Origin: Flectonema sp. DT1601
Lineage: Eukaryota
Assembly: GCA_964019425.1 (NCBI GenBank)
Contig: OZ025790.1
Span: 930,001-994,000 of the forward strand
DNA length: 64,000 bases
Direction: 5' to 3'
The notes below the pieces were generated by a model. It had not been told where the DNA came from, did not search any database, and saw nothing but the letters and a program-made list of their open reading frames with translations. This document shows, one piece after another, positions 52,790-63,914 of the stretch. The first letter of the stretch is position 1. Every line of letters starts with the position of its first letter. The translations under genes were made by a program, and so were the position numbers.

Positions 52790-55577
52790 TCAGGGTATAT
52801 TCCCTCCTACTCCGCGATCCCTACGGGAATCCGTAGTTGACAACAATGCAGGTACACCTCCATAAGAGTGAAACCCGCTGGGAGAATGCTCTGAAAAGTG
52901 ACTAGGTGGTGTAGTCGTAATTTGCCACTGAGGCGGCTGTTGCATTTGTGACCTTTGATGAGGTTGCGATGGCTGGGAAAAACGCTGTTGGGGGTGAGTT
53001 CGTGCAGGTCGAGATCCCTTCGAGTGCCCCGCACCATGATGGTGAGTATATGAAACAGGAGGCTGTCCAACTGGAGAGCTACTGATAGTCATATTCGAAA
53101 ACCCCAAGTCACTCAATTCACGAGGTTGTTGCATCCCCACTTGAGTATGTTGCGAGTGAACTGTTACATGTCTACTGGGGTCTTGTCTTTGATGACCTCT
53201 GTAGTTATAAACTTGTTGTCCTTTTCTACCACCACCTTGTTTACGTGGTCTTCGATGACTAACTACGTCATCAATCCTCGGGGGGGTTGTTTCCGGCACC
53301 GTTTCCCATCCGATGCGTTTTAAAAAATCATTAACACCTTCAACAGGATAGGGACACACCAATGAGGTATCAGCAGTATGTGGAAGTGGTTTGCACTTCT
53401 TCATCTTTGAATCGTCGTGAGCTCTCTTCTTTTTTTCCTTCTTACGTGGATTACGTTCATTAAGTGAAGTTGGAACCTGCTCAGGCTGTGACTGCTGCTG
53501 TTTTGGTGGCTTAACTACTTGACCGGAACCTGGTCCTGACAACGAGAAGTACGACCCAGAACCCAACGTTCCTTGTGGTCCTTGAATTCTCTTTGCAGTT
53601 CCTTGTTTTACACCAGCTGGGACAATTCCAGGTCTTGTTTGCTGATATGAAGAAGCTGCTTGTTGATTTTGTTGCTGAGCAGCAGCTCTCTTGCTCTGAA
53701 TGTCTTGTCTGGTCTGTCCTAAGAGAGATCTAATTGCAGACTTTTGTGAACCAAAATATCTCTGAATTGCCTGGTGTAACTTTGAAGGAGGTTCCTCTAA
53801 GACTTTCACAACATCCTCGTCAAGGTCCCATAAGGTGTCTGCTTCATCAGCAGTTGTTTGCTGTTTTTTTTTTTTTTTTTTTTCCTCCTCAATATTATTC
53901 TCCAATTGCAACATAAACCAACACATACCCCCCATCCAACTTCATGTAGCAACTCTGCTGCTGTTGTTGGAGCGGATGCAGTTGCCGGAGGTGCGATGTC
54001 TTGACCCTGTATTTATTTAGTTTAAATATTTTGTTTTTTAAAAGAATAAGAATAATCACAATGTTTATTTTGCATACCTCATTTGAAGTTCCTGAGCTAG
54101 GCAGAGCCTCAATAAGGGATGAGACGTGTTTTTGAAGAAGTCGAGGAGTTGGTACAAAAAGTTTAAATATCGAACTTTTACAAAGATCCATCGAAGGTAA
54201 TTCCTGTGCCAAAGAGATAGCAGCAGTGTTCGAAAGAACTGATGCGTACGACTCATCTTCGAGACGAGCTATGGTGTCACGCCATTTTAAAATTGATTTT
54301 AAAGCTGCTCCGTTACGCTTCCAGACACCTTGATCCATTCTACCCATGAGACGGTTCATTTCATCGTCTAGAGTTGGTTTTTTATATTGTCTTAAGCACA
54401 GCTTTCTACTCTCTTCAACAACATGTAGTAGTGGATGACCAATTCCTCCTCTTGATCCCTGAACAGTTAATTTACTACGAAGATCATCCGCTACAGCTAA
54501 CAAGTAATGAGTATCGAGACGAGCATATTTAAGCATCTCTGCAGGAAGAGGTCGTTGCCTCCAATCAGCAGTTTGGTATTGCTTGTTTGTCGAGATTCCA
54601 TAATGAGCTAATAACTTACCCAAACCATGAGGAATACTGAGTTGTTGAGCAGCAATTCCTGTGTCAAACATGTTGATAATGTATAATCCGAAATCTCTTT
54701 GAAGCCATTCGATATCGGACGATGCCCCATGAAGTACTTTTTCAATTGCAGGATTAGTAAAGATTGGTAAAAACTTATACATGTGAGAGCGAAGCTCTAA
54801 ACAATCGATAATGTAGTCAGCCTTGCGAGTTGATATCTGCATCAGGCAGAGGAACCCCTGAAATGAATGCATCGAATGATTTTCTAAATCGATAGCCAAC
54901 TCTTTCTCATTTACTAAATTAGCAATCAACGTATCAAGCTGTGATGATTTATCTACGTATGTGAGAGGTGTTTCAGAAGGATTTTTAAATTCCGGTTTCG
55001 GTGGATTTTGCAACCAACAGTCAGCCGAACAAGAATCGATCTCATTTTTAAAAGGATGAACACCTGCCTCACCATACACAAACTTACCATCAATATACAA
55101 GTAAGGTGTAAAGGGTGCCTCTGAATTATTTGGTTTAACTTTGAATGTCTCTTGTGGACGAACTGTTTGAACTGCTTTAAGAAGTTGTCTTTTTCTGATC
55201 TTATCCTCAGCTGATAATCTTTTTGTTGAAGCTTCAGCCTTAACGAGGTCTAAGTCAGTATCGATACTTTCGAATAATAAGTCCAAAAGTTCCATCACAG
55301 CTTCTCCTTTTTCATTATCACGTGCGCTCTTAACTTCAGCAGTATGTACACCAGCGACATCTTCAACAAGCTCCAATAAGGATTCAGCGTATGTGTTCAT
55401 TATTTTAGGAAACGCCCTAAATGACTTATAAAACTCGTAGTCATCACCTTGAGGAAGACCGTTTGCAGCCTGTAATCCGGTTATAACCTTACTAAATAGT
55501 TCACTGACGTAGGGATGGACTGGTGTGTCTCCAATCATAGTAACTTCTTCATCGCTAATGTCGGAATCCATGTCCAT
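52790..55577 (-). CDS. RRP6: Exosome 3'-5' exonuclease RRP6; introns ~54007-54077, ~53861-53928
   Basis: PMC2NT-like DDYEFYKSF; AIDLENHS.HSFQGFLCLMQISTR; DIEWLQRDFG; ADWRQRPL...YARLDTHYLL; HRDC WRDTIARLEDES. Confidence 0.93.
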
Positions 55578-55786
55578 TTTTTTTTTTTTTTTTTTCTGTT
55601 TTGTCTGTTTTTTTTTTTTTTGAATTATTTTATTTTTTAAAAAAAAATTTAAAAAAAAAAATATTAACCCAGTTTGTGGGAAAGTCCACTGGATGCTATA
55701 TTTCTACTGAAGTCGTTCTTTTTTTTTTGTTTCCCTCCATCAGTGCCTTAATTAAATCAGAACCGGTTTTTTCCCGTTAGAGACGA

Positions 55787-56071
55787 CTAAGAATCTTCAC
55801 CATTCTTACTGTCATTCCGCTCTGGATAATGTCTCCCATAGGTTGATCTGCTTTTTATAGTTTTGTAAACCCGTTGTAGTCTACGTTGTTCCCTATCCCA
55901 ATGATCAACTAATGCTGAATCTCTTATTGGGAGATTCTGTGCAACACCCATCTTCCGTTCTTCGGATGCTTTTTCGTCATCCAACAAGCGACTTTTCTTC
56001 TCTGCGTTCCGTAAGTGTTCACACCATGGTCCTTTCACTTTATTTGAGAGACAACTACACCGTCTTATCAT
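55787..56071 (-). CDS. Small hypothetical protein (94 aa), possible mitochondrial presequence
   Basis: ATG-started, non-homopolymeric ORF on the coding strand; MIRR N-terminus; pyrimidine tract and AG upstream. Confidence 0.5.
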   Translation of the reverse strand: MIRRCSCLSNKVKGPWCEHLRNAEKKSRLLDDEKASEERKMGVAQNLPIRDSALVDHWDREQRRLQRVYKTIKSRSTYGRHYPERNDSKNGEDS

Positions 56072-56175
56072 GTTAATTACTCTCTTGGAAAAGTGTGAGG
56101 GAAAAAGAAAAGAAAAGAGAAATGTTTGTTGTATTTTTCACAAGCACGTCCATTATGTCATTTTTTTTTTTTTTT

Positions 56176-56302
56176 GTACCGACGTAGTCGGAGAAGAAAC
56201 TATTCAGATTGAAAACCGATTATTTCTTATGGTCATGATTTATTTTCCCCGTGCGACAGGATTTTGTCTGCGTTCAACGAAATATAAGGTTAATCTGAAT
56301 GG
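56176..56302 (-). mobile_element. Short interspersed element, family A (inverted, intact ends)
   Basis: (T)n GTAC CGACGTAGTCGG AGAAGAAA CTATTCAGAT...ATCTGAATGG (T)n. Confidence 0.85.
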
Positions 56303-57172
56303 TTTTTTTGCTGAAGGGAAATAATAAAAAAAAAAAAAAAAATTATGTAAGCAAAATCATAACAATAACAACCTCTTTGGCGTACACAGAGGACAGACAG
56401 ATAAAAGCAACGCACCGAATGAAGTTTTAACGAGTGGGAGGGAAAAAGGGAATAAGGAAGAGAGGTGAAGTGATCACTTTCAGGTAACGGAAGAAAGAGA
56501 AAAAATGGGGATAATTTTTTTTTTTTTTTTGGTATTTGCTCGCCTCCGACGTATAAAACTTAATCAGCAGTAGTTCCTTAAGCAGTTCTTGGTACAATTT
56601 TCCGGGAAAGAAGAAAAAAAAGAAGAAGAAGAAGAAGAAGAAGAAGAAAAATTTTGATCCAAAAATCGAAACAAGCCTTTTTGTATACACCACTAAAACC
56701 GAGAGCAGTAGTAAAGAGCCCAGACTCATAGACGAGAATGAGGAAGCCAGAGTAAAAATGCTACAGTTACCTCAGGTAAGTAGAAAGTAGAAAAAAAAAA
56801 AGAAAAAAAAAAGAAAGAAAAAAAAAAAAGGAAAAAACCCATCTTCTTTTGGAAGCCAGAAAATTAAACAAATAATAAAAAAAAAAATTTAAAAAAAAAA
56901 AAAAAAAAAGCCAGAAGCGTAACCAAGCTGGAAGCTCGATAGTAGCCAGGAATAAAGACTATGATCCACTGGAAGATCGAGTGGACTTCATGTCCAATAC
57001 GAAATTCGGAACAACTTCGAGAGCATTACAATATCATACCAAATATTGGGGGGAAAAAAAGGTAAAACCGCATGAGAATTAACTGTTGTTTGGGGAGATT
57101 CCTTCTTCTTTTTTTTTTTTTTTTTTATTGAAACTCAGAGGTGCAGTTTCGTAAGGACATAAAAATGAATCG

Positions 57173-57203
<31 letters not shown>

Positions 57204-57753
57204 GTGTCAAGTTGTTGCTCCGAAGGAAAACAAAATTGTGTATCGACGAGATGCATAAAAGCATTTGGGGAAATACAAAAAAAAACGGCTGACTAAAAGC
57301 CAGTATGAACAAGTGAATAGCAAAGGGAAAACACCCCAAAGCTCGGAAGATAGCGCGGATTACCATACCCATGTCCGACAAGGAAGCTATTTTTTTTTTT
57401 TTTTTTTTTTTTTTTTTCCGGGATGGGGAAGCCAGCAACTTGAATTATCCCCGACAGTGAATTATCAGAAGCTATGCAAGCATCGAGAAGTTAGAGGACA
57501 AATGCAAAAAAATTGGATGTTTTTTTTTTTTTTTTTTTTGAACCTCACTTGGCTTCAAAAAAAAGGATACAGAAGATATTTTTTTTTTTTTTGGAAGATT
57601 TAATCAAAAAAACGAAATAACAATCAACTTATGTTATTCTCAGTAATCGGAGACATGTAAAGATATTCTTTTTTTTTTTTTTTTTAAAAATGTAATAATT
57701 TTTTTTTTTCAAGGAATTGTCACTTAGGAAAACAAAAGGCACCCAAAAAATAA

Positions 57754-57881
57754 AGAATCTGCTTTTTTACTTCACACTCTTGTTTTGTTTTGTGCGCAAC
57801 TGGTACAAAATCCTAATAAAGGAATAGGTTAGTTACGCTATCACGATTCTCTTTCTACCGAACAATTTGGTTTGTAGGTAC
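57754..57881 (+). mobile_element. Short interspersed element, family B copy 3
   Basis: Core nearly identical to 24073-24213; ends TAGGTAC-(A)n. Confidence 0.8.
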
Positions 57882-58005
57882 AAAAAAAAAAAAAAAAAAA
57901 CTAGTTTGTCCCTTGTGGGGGTTAACTTATTATCTTGTAAGCCTGAGAGCAATTTTGAAGGAAAAAAAAAATAATAATAAATTAGGGAAGCGATAAGAAA
58001 AATAA

Positions 58006-58899
58006 TTACACTGCCATTCCATAACGGTCGTCGGCGGCTCTCTTTAAATATCCCTTGTAGTGGTCGAGGTCTAGGCGTGATTGACGACTATTTAACACTT
58101 GTTTTTGGAATTTTCCATCTTTAACATACAAGATTCTATCGGCGTAACACTCAACGTCTTTATTATGAGTCACCATAATACAAGTGGTACGAGCTTCTAG
58201 ATTTACCTTTAGAAGCAGATCCATAATTTCAATCGTATTTTCAGTGTCCAAATCACCAGTAGGCTCGTCCAGTAACAATATCTTTGGATTGTTAGCTAGC
58301 GCACGAGCGATTGTAACTCTCTGTTGTTCACCACCGGAAAGCTCTGATGGAAGATGTGCAACTCTGTCACGTAGACCGACCATTCTAAGAAGCATCTTCG
58401 CTCTTCGTCTTCTATCTTTTTTGTTGTGTTCTCCAGAAAGAATCATTGGTAGCTCAACGTTCTCAACTGCTGACATTGTTGCGATTAGGTTAAAAGTTTG
58501 AAAAACAAAACCAATAGACGTCAGTCTGAGATTAGCTAAGAATTCATCTGATGAAGTTTCGTTAACTTCTTCTCCCATAATAAATATTTTACCACCGGTA
58601 CTCTTGTCTAGGGTTCCAATTAGATTAAGTAATGTTGTCTTACCTCCTCCACTAGGACCTCTGATCATCAGAAATTCACCTTCTCTCACTGGCATAAAAA
58701 CTGATCCGTCCATCATTCTGACATCTCTAAGTGCGATGACGGGTTCAGCTCTTCCTTCTATTTCATAATGTTTGGATACGTTCTCTACCACGACGACTGG
58801 TTCCCCAAACTGTTTCATTGGTGCATTCTGCATCACATCAATATTAGCGCATGATGGATCCGCATCGAGGACAATTCCTGTTGACGAAAGTACGTCCAT
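58006..58899 (-). CDS. Stand-alone ABC ATP-binding protein, LolD/MacB-like
   Basis: GPSGGGKTT, IGFVFQTFNL, LSGGEQQRVTIARALAN.P.ILLLDEPTGDLD, MVTH; likely start MDVLS at 58899. Confidence 0.9.
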   Translation of the reverse strand: MDVLSSTGIVLDADPSCANIDVMQNAPMKQFGEPVVVVENVSKHYEIEGRAEPVIALRDVRMMDGSVFMPVREGEFLMIRGPSGGGKTTLLNLIGTLDKSTGGKIFIMGEEVNETSSDEFLANLRLTSIGFVFQTFNLIATMSAVENVELPMILSGEHNKKDRRRRAKMLLRMVGLRDRVAHLPSELSGGEQQRVTIARALANNPKILLLDEPTGDLDTENTIEIMDLLLKVNLEARTTCIMVTHNKDVECYADRILYVKDGKFQKQVLNSRQSRLDLDHYKGYLKRAADDRYGMAV

Positions 58900-59052
58900 T
58901 TTGATTGAGATGCCGAGTTGGAATACTGCAAAAAAAGAAGAAAAAAAAATAGTTTTTTTCAATACAACTCACTCTGTATTAATGTAATAATCTAAACGTA
59001 TATAATCATATAACAATCATAAGGATCACCACAAGTCTAGTGTAGTCGCGGA

Positions 59053-59197
59053 TTAGTACTTCCCACGACCAGTCATTATTTCTTCCATCCGTGATTGAAT
59101 TTTTATTTCAAGTCGCTTCCACACTTCACAGGCCGTGTCAGCAGTAATACCTCCCACACATGATTCACTGTTGGTGTTTGCATACAATATTATCGTC

Positions 59198-59231
<34 letters not shown>

Positions 59232-59345
59232 GTCATAACAAACATACTCTCTATCAGCCTCTAAACCAGACAAGTCTTCATGAAGATTTTCAAGGGCTTT
59301 ACGGAATCCGTCTGCTGTCATGTCAAGCTTTCCAGCAGTAGCCAT
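59053..59345 (-). CDS. Small two-exon hypothetical protein (~70 aa); intron ~59168-59247
   Basis: MATAGKLDMTADGFRKALENLHEDLSGLEADR + GTATGT...CAACAG intron + DESCVGG...GRGKY*. Confidence 0.35.
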
Positions 59346-60376
59346 CACGTTTTTTTTTTTTTTTTTATTCTATTTTTTCTGAAAAAAAAAAAAAAAAAAA
59401 CTAAATGAGTCATCAGTAAAGGAAGTAGTAACTACCACCAGGATGTTTTATATACGCGGATTTGTGAAAAAAATAGTTTATTGAGCCTTTCATCGTATTC
59501 TGTGATTCCCGTTGAAGAAGAAAAAAAAGCAGCAATTTCGCTGCCACTTTTTTATCTTACTCTTGTGTGGCTAGAGTCGCTCGAGAATTGAAAAATATAT
59601 ATGGCATGGTGCATGATGTTGAATTAGGTGGGGTATAATGAAGGTTAAGAAGGGATTGGCGCAGTGTCTTCGAAACACATCGAGACAAGACATCGATAAT
59701 ATGATTTTATGACCTGTCAGGGAAAACATAATAGTTGAACGGAACAAAAACCTTTTTAAAAAAAAAAAAGAATTTTCAAACCACATATATATCGGCAGTA
59801 TACACAATAACAAATCACAGAAATGACTTTGTTAAAAGTATCAGCAGACATAGATTTCGCAGTTGTTTTGGATACGAGTTGTGTTATGAAATAGTGCGCC
59901 AAACCGAAAAAGCTATAAATATAAAATAAAAAATAATAAAAAAAACTTTAAAAAAAATGTTATTTAAGAGCCTTAATCTTATACTACTTTGCCTTGTAAT
60001 TTCCGCGGACTTTACTTCAGTCTTTAAAAAAAAACTAATTTATTAGTGTCCATCGAAACTTGCTAGGACTGGGGAGAGGTTATCACAAATAAATAAAATA
60101 ATTAAAATCAATAAATCGCAAGGATCTCAAAATCAATTCCCTCAAAACTGATGTTTGACCCAATCTTAATAGGTGGGTAAGTCAATAACATAACAAAAAA
60201 AAGAAAGAAAAAAAAAATGGATCGTTTAAAAAAAAATGAAAAAAAAAAACTAGCTGAATTTTTTGACGATTCTTAATATATTGGGAAAACCCACAGATCA
60301 ACCCAAAAGTTTGGAGAAACGTATACAACTGGTCACGGCCTTGTGTAGCTTTTACATTTTTTTATTTTAATTAAAT

Positions 60377-61943
60377 TCAATATCGAACTGGTGGAACGTG
60401 GGAACCAAACATTGTTCTGTTTTTTTTTTTTTTTGTTTGGTACATTTTGAAGAAACAGATCACAACAAAATTTTAAATTAAGAAAGTCATACCTGTCAGC
60501 ACGATGACCTCCAAAGTGCGGACGAACTCTTCCAGGAGGCTGATAGTGTTGGTGCTGAACTGATAGACTATCAGATTGAGGTAATTCTGATAATCCCCAT
60601 GAGGGTTCTATAGAAGTTGTTGTAGTAGTAGTAGGTGAAGGTGTTATCGATCCTCGTCCAATCGCGGGAAGTATCTTTGATCGTTTTGGAGACGACGGAA
60701 GACACGATTTCGACCTTCCCGAAAACGGTTTCACAATTGAACCATTCTTTTCAACTTTAATATTTTCAGTCAACTGTAACAAATTATCAACACAAGCTTC
60801 ACAACAAAGTGTGTTTCCATCAAGCCATTCTCTTGGGTTGAGTTTAAACATACTGACATCACCAATCATCTTTACACAAGGAGGCACAGTCTTTGCATTT
60901 AGCAAAGCAGCTTCCGAAAAACCATCACCTACAGAGCTTAGTGTAAAATGATCCAACACATGCAAACCAAACAAGGCAACTCTTCTAGATAGCTGGCTGC
61001 ATTCCTGCCTTAGTTTTACTTGTTGGCATAGTTCGCAACGTTGGTTCGCTGATTCCATCGAAGCAATTTTCTGGATTTTTTTAATAGGCAATCTTTTTGT
61101 AAGCCGGGATAGTCTAGTTATATGTTTAGGACTAGGATGGCTACTTGAACACTCAACAATACATAAACCCCTGTCAACGGTTGAAGCAGCTAACTGTAAC
61201 TTATTGCAATACCTAAGCCAAAGCCTATTCGATACGTCAATAGTAAAATGTAGAGACATTCCACTCAGCTTACAAGCATGAAGTGTTTCCAAGTGTTGAG
61301 CGATTGCTTGGGACGCGTTTGTTAGAATTTTCCTTGCGTGACTAGTCACGGTATCGACATTGAGAGCCGATTCCATTGAAAATCTTTCTGCGAATGGAAT
61401 ACTCGTATCAGTCATTAGATACCTACTTGTGACTAACTCAATTAATAACCCTCGAGGTGACCAAGTCACATTGTATCCTGCGTTACGAAGAGCTTCATCA
61501 GGTCTCTTTGGATCACTGAAGTGTTGCAGAACACCAGGTTGCGATAATAAATTAGCATCCTGCAGTGTATTCCTTAAAGTACTCGCTTCAATGAATGTTT
61601 GGTTTATTTCGGAAGTAATATATCCATCTTGTCTGAGGGGTTCATAATTAGGAGTCATGTACACGGCAACAACTCCACTTTTCGATTCGCAGACCTTCTG
61701 AAGTTCTTCGTCTATCGTTGTCGTTATCAGTCGTTTTTTATTTTTCTTTTTTATGACGCTTTCTTTGCAAGTGAAATACCAAGCAACCGGTTTTCTGTAC
61801 TTATAGATTACGCTGTGAGGGATATTTATCCCAGTCAGTGTACTGCTGTTCTTTCCGACATTCTTCAACCAAAGTAGACGGAAGAAACCAGCAAGCAGTC
61901 CCTCATTGCGAAGTTCCAGCAAGAACTCCAACTCACCATCCAT
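60377..61943 (-). CDS. Uncharacterised protein (start MDGELE at 61943; intron ~60417-60492)
   Basis: Long ORF with IPHSVIYKY...WYFT motif and Cys pairs. The ORF-track extension to 62183 runs through a dispersed repeat. Confidence 0.7.
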
Positions 61944-62020
61944 AACCTTTACTGTAAGGGGTAGATGGTTTGCATTAATAATAAATAATAAAACAGACAA
62001 ATACAAATCCGGATGCGAAA

Positions 62021-62133
62021 GGGTTCGGCCAAACCTGACTACAATAAGAAAATCAACAGTTGGTATCGATAAAAAGTTCCATATGTGCTGTCGAATATGG
62101 GGATTCGGGGGCCACGTACTACAGGTTGAGCGC
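62021..62133 (+). repeat. Dispersed repeat family D
   Basis: Near-identical to 41003-41117. Confidence 0.9.
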
Positions 62134-62314
62134 CTGCGAAATAAATAATGAACTCCGATAAGCCCAGAAAAAGAAAAAATCAAATTAAAACTATCAACAC
62201 ATGTTATGAAGTACTGCAGTTATATCGAGTGCGACTTTTGACTGATATGCGTAATTATTGTGTTCTCGTCATCCATATCCTTTTATTATTCCTTTTTTTG
62301 ACATTTTCTTGTTG

Positions 62315-63914
62315 TTACAAAACTTTAGACTTTTCCACAAACAGAGAACTATTGTTTTCAGGTACCTGAACTGATTGAAGTCCTTCACAACCTGTGAGAA
62401 AGTCCTCTCCGATATCAATCACACCATTAAGAACAGTGAGGTCAAGCGAGGTGGTGGAAGAACAGCCTATATGTACCATTTTGAGTGCTGTCATTCAGGC
62501 TTGCTAGCACGGAGATGACGAGGCACTAAGATGGAAGAACAGCTTGCCAAGAACAAATCTCCAATTACTGCGACATTACTTAGACCAGAAAGTTTAGTTA
62601 GCAAAGAAAGGTCTAGCGAAGTGATGAGAGACACAAACATTTAAGAAGTTACTCCAATTGCTGTGAGACTATACAGCCCAGAGAGTCAAGCGTTGTGATG
62701 GAAGTACATTCGAATAATTAACCAGTGTTTAGGGGTTGGAATCCCATGGATCCCGTCGCTCAGGCGTCCGGTGGAGGGCACTGTGAACGAGTTGCGGTCC
62801 AGGTGGCGTCGGAAGGCCACCACACCAACAGATTTGTTTCTTCGCACAACAGTAGCTTGGGGACCGTAAGAGACCCAAGGTGGTTCACAACCGCTCGAAC
62901 AACTGCGTGTGAAGGAACAGGATGGAAAAGAAAAGAAAATAAGAAAAGAAATGCCACACAAAAAAACGACGTAGTAAAACAGAGAGGTAGGGGGAGGGAT
63001 GGCCTCTTTCTCCACACATTGCATGAGTAACTCGCGGGGCTGATACTGTTAATACATTTCAGGCGACCTGAACTTATAATCCCCCCATGCGTGAAAAGAC
63101 TAAACGGGGGAGGTTTGAAGGAAATGGGGGTAAAGGGAAATCATGCCACTAAGGAAAAATAAAACCCCGGTGGCCCCTGTGAGCTCTGGGTGCCTGAGTA
63201 TCCCGGGCCGGATCACCTGACCTTCTGCTATGTTGTCCTTTTTATTTTAAAGGTTAGGCTACCGGAAAATAAAACGGGGGTAAAATAATACACAGCAACA
63301 ATACGTCAGCACTCTAGTTACACTCAAGGAGTGCATCCAGGTAACACCACGAGGAGGCGTGCTATCCGAGTTTCGTTACCCAAGTGATGGAAGAACATTT
63401 GTACAAGAACTCATCTCCAATTGCAGTGACACAATTCAGACCAGAGAGGTCAACTGAAGTGAGTAGAGGATACTCTCGTAAGAATGACTCTTCGATGGCT
63501 TGGACTTCAGAATTTGAATTGCGGAACGAAACCCGTTTTACTATTGGAGGTATCAATCCTTTCTCAAGTTTGAGGATATTGTTCTCTAAGAATGTGGGAG
63601 TGTCCAGAAAGAGACATTCTTCTTCGTCACCAGCCAGCCTGCGAAGCAGCTCCTCTCGCTTTGTTTCATCCACAAACCAGCTTTTACCAAATAAACGAAA
63701 TCGTTTCTTCCCCACCTCCAGCTCGCTGTTGGGCCCCACTCCATGAACAGCCAGACGCTTAGTTTCACAAAGAAGCTCTCCAGCGAACGACAGTTCGACT
63801 TCCTCCGCATCGATGCCCCACTCCTCGCCGCAGTCAACACGTCGCTCACGAGTGAATCAGCAACAGCTGTGAATGACACCACGGGAAGTCCCAAATCGAC
63901 ACAGAAACTTGCAT
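62315..63914 (-). pseudogene. Ubiquitin-like + BspA-type LRR gene, frameshifted and interrupted by an insertion
   Basis: MQVSV.../VVSFTAVADSLVSDVLTAA/EWGIDAEEVELSFAGELL...HGVGPNSELEV needs two frameshifts. LRRs (LTSVDLSGLNCVTAIGDEFLYKCSSIT) break at ~63381 and resume below ~62720 (LFECTSITTLD..., GCSSTTSLDLTVLNGVIDIGE) with more frameshifts. Confidence 0.75.
62721..63381 (+). mobile_element. GC-richer insertion inside the LRR pseudogene, probable transposon remnant
   Basis: Interrupts the LRR repeats; unrelated to its flanks; right end has a GGTAAC...GTTACC fold-back. Confidence 0.55.

Noticed and set aside
37583..57603. Many short Phe/Lys-rich ORFs in intergenic DNA (e.g. 37583, 40404, 49536, 51861, 56427, 57079)
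   Set aside because: Translations of poly-T and poly-A tracts with no domain signal.
61944..62183. N-terminal extension of the 616-aa ORF, sharing peptide RSTCSTWPPNPHIRQHIWNF with ORF 40935-41210
   Set aside because: The shared peptide is repeat family D read in antisense. A TTACAG acceptor sits right before the ATG at 61943.
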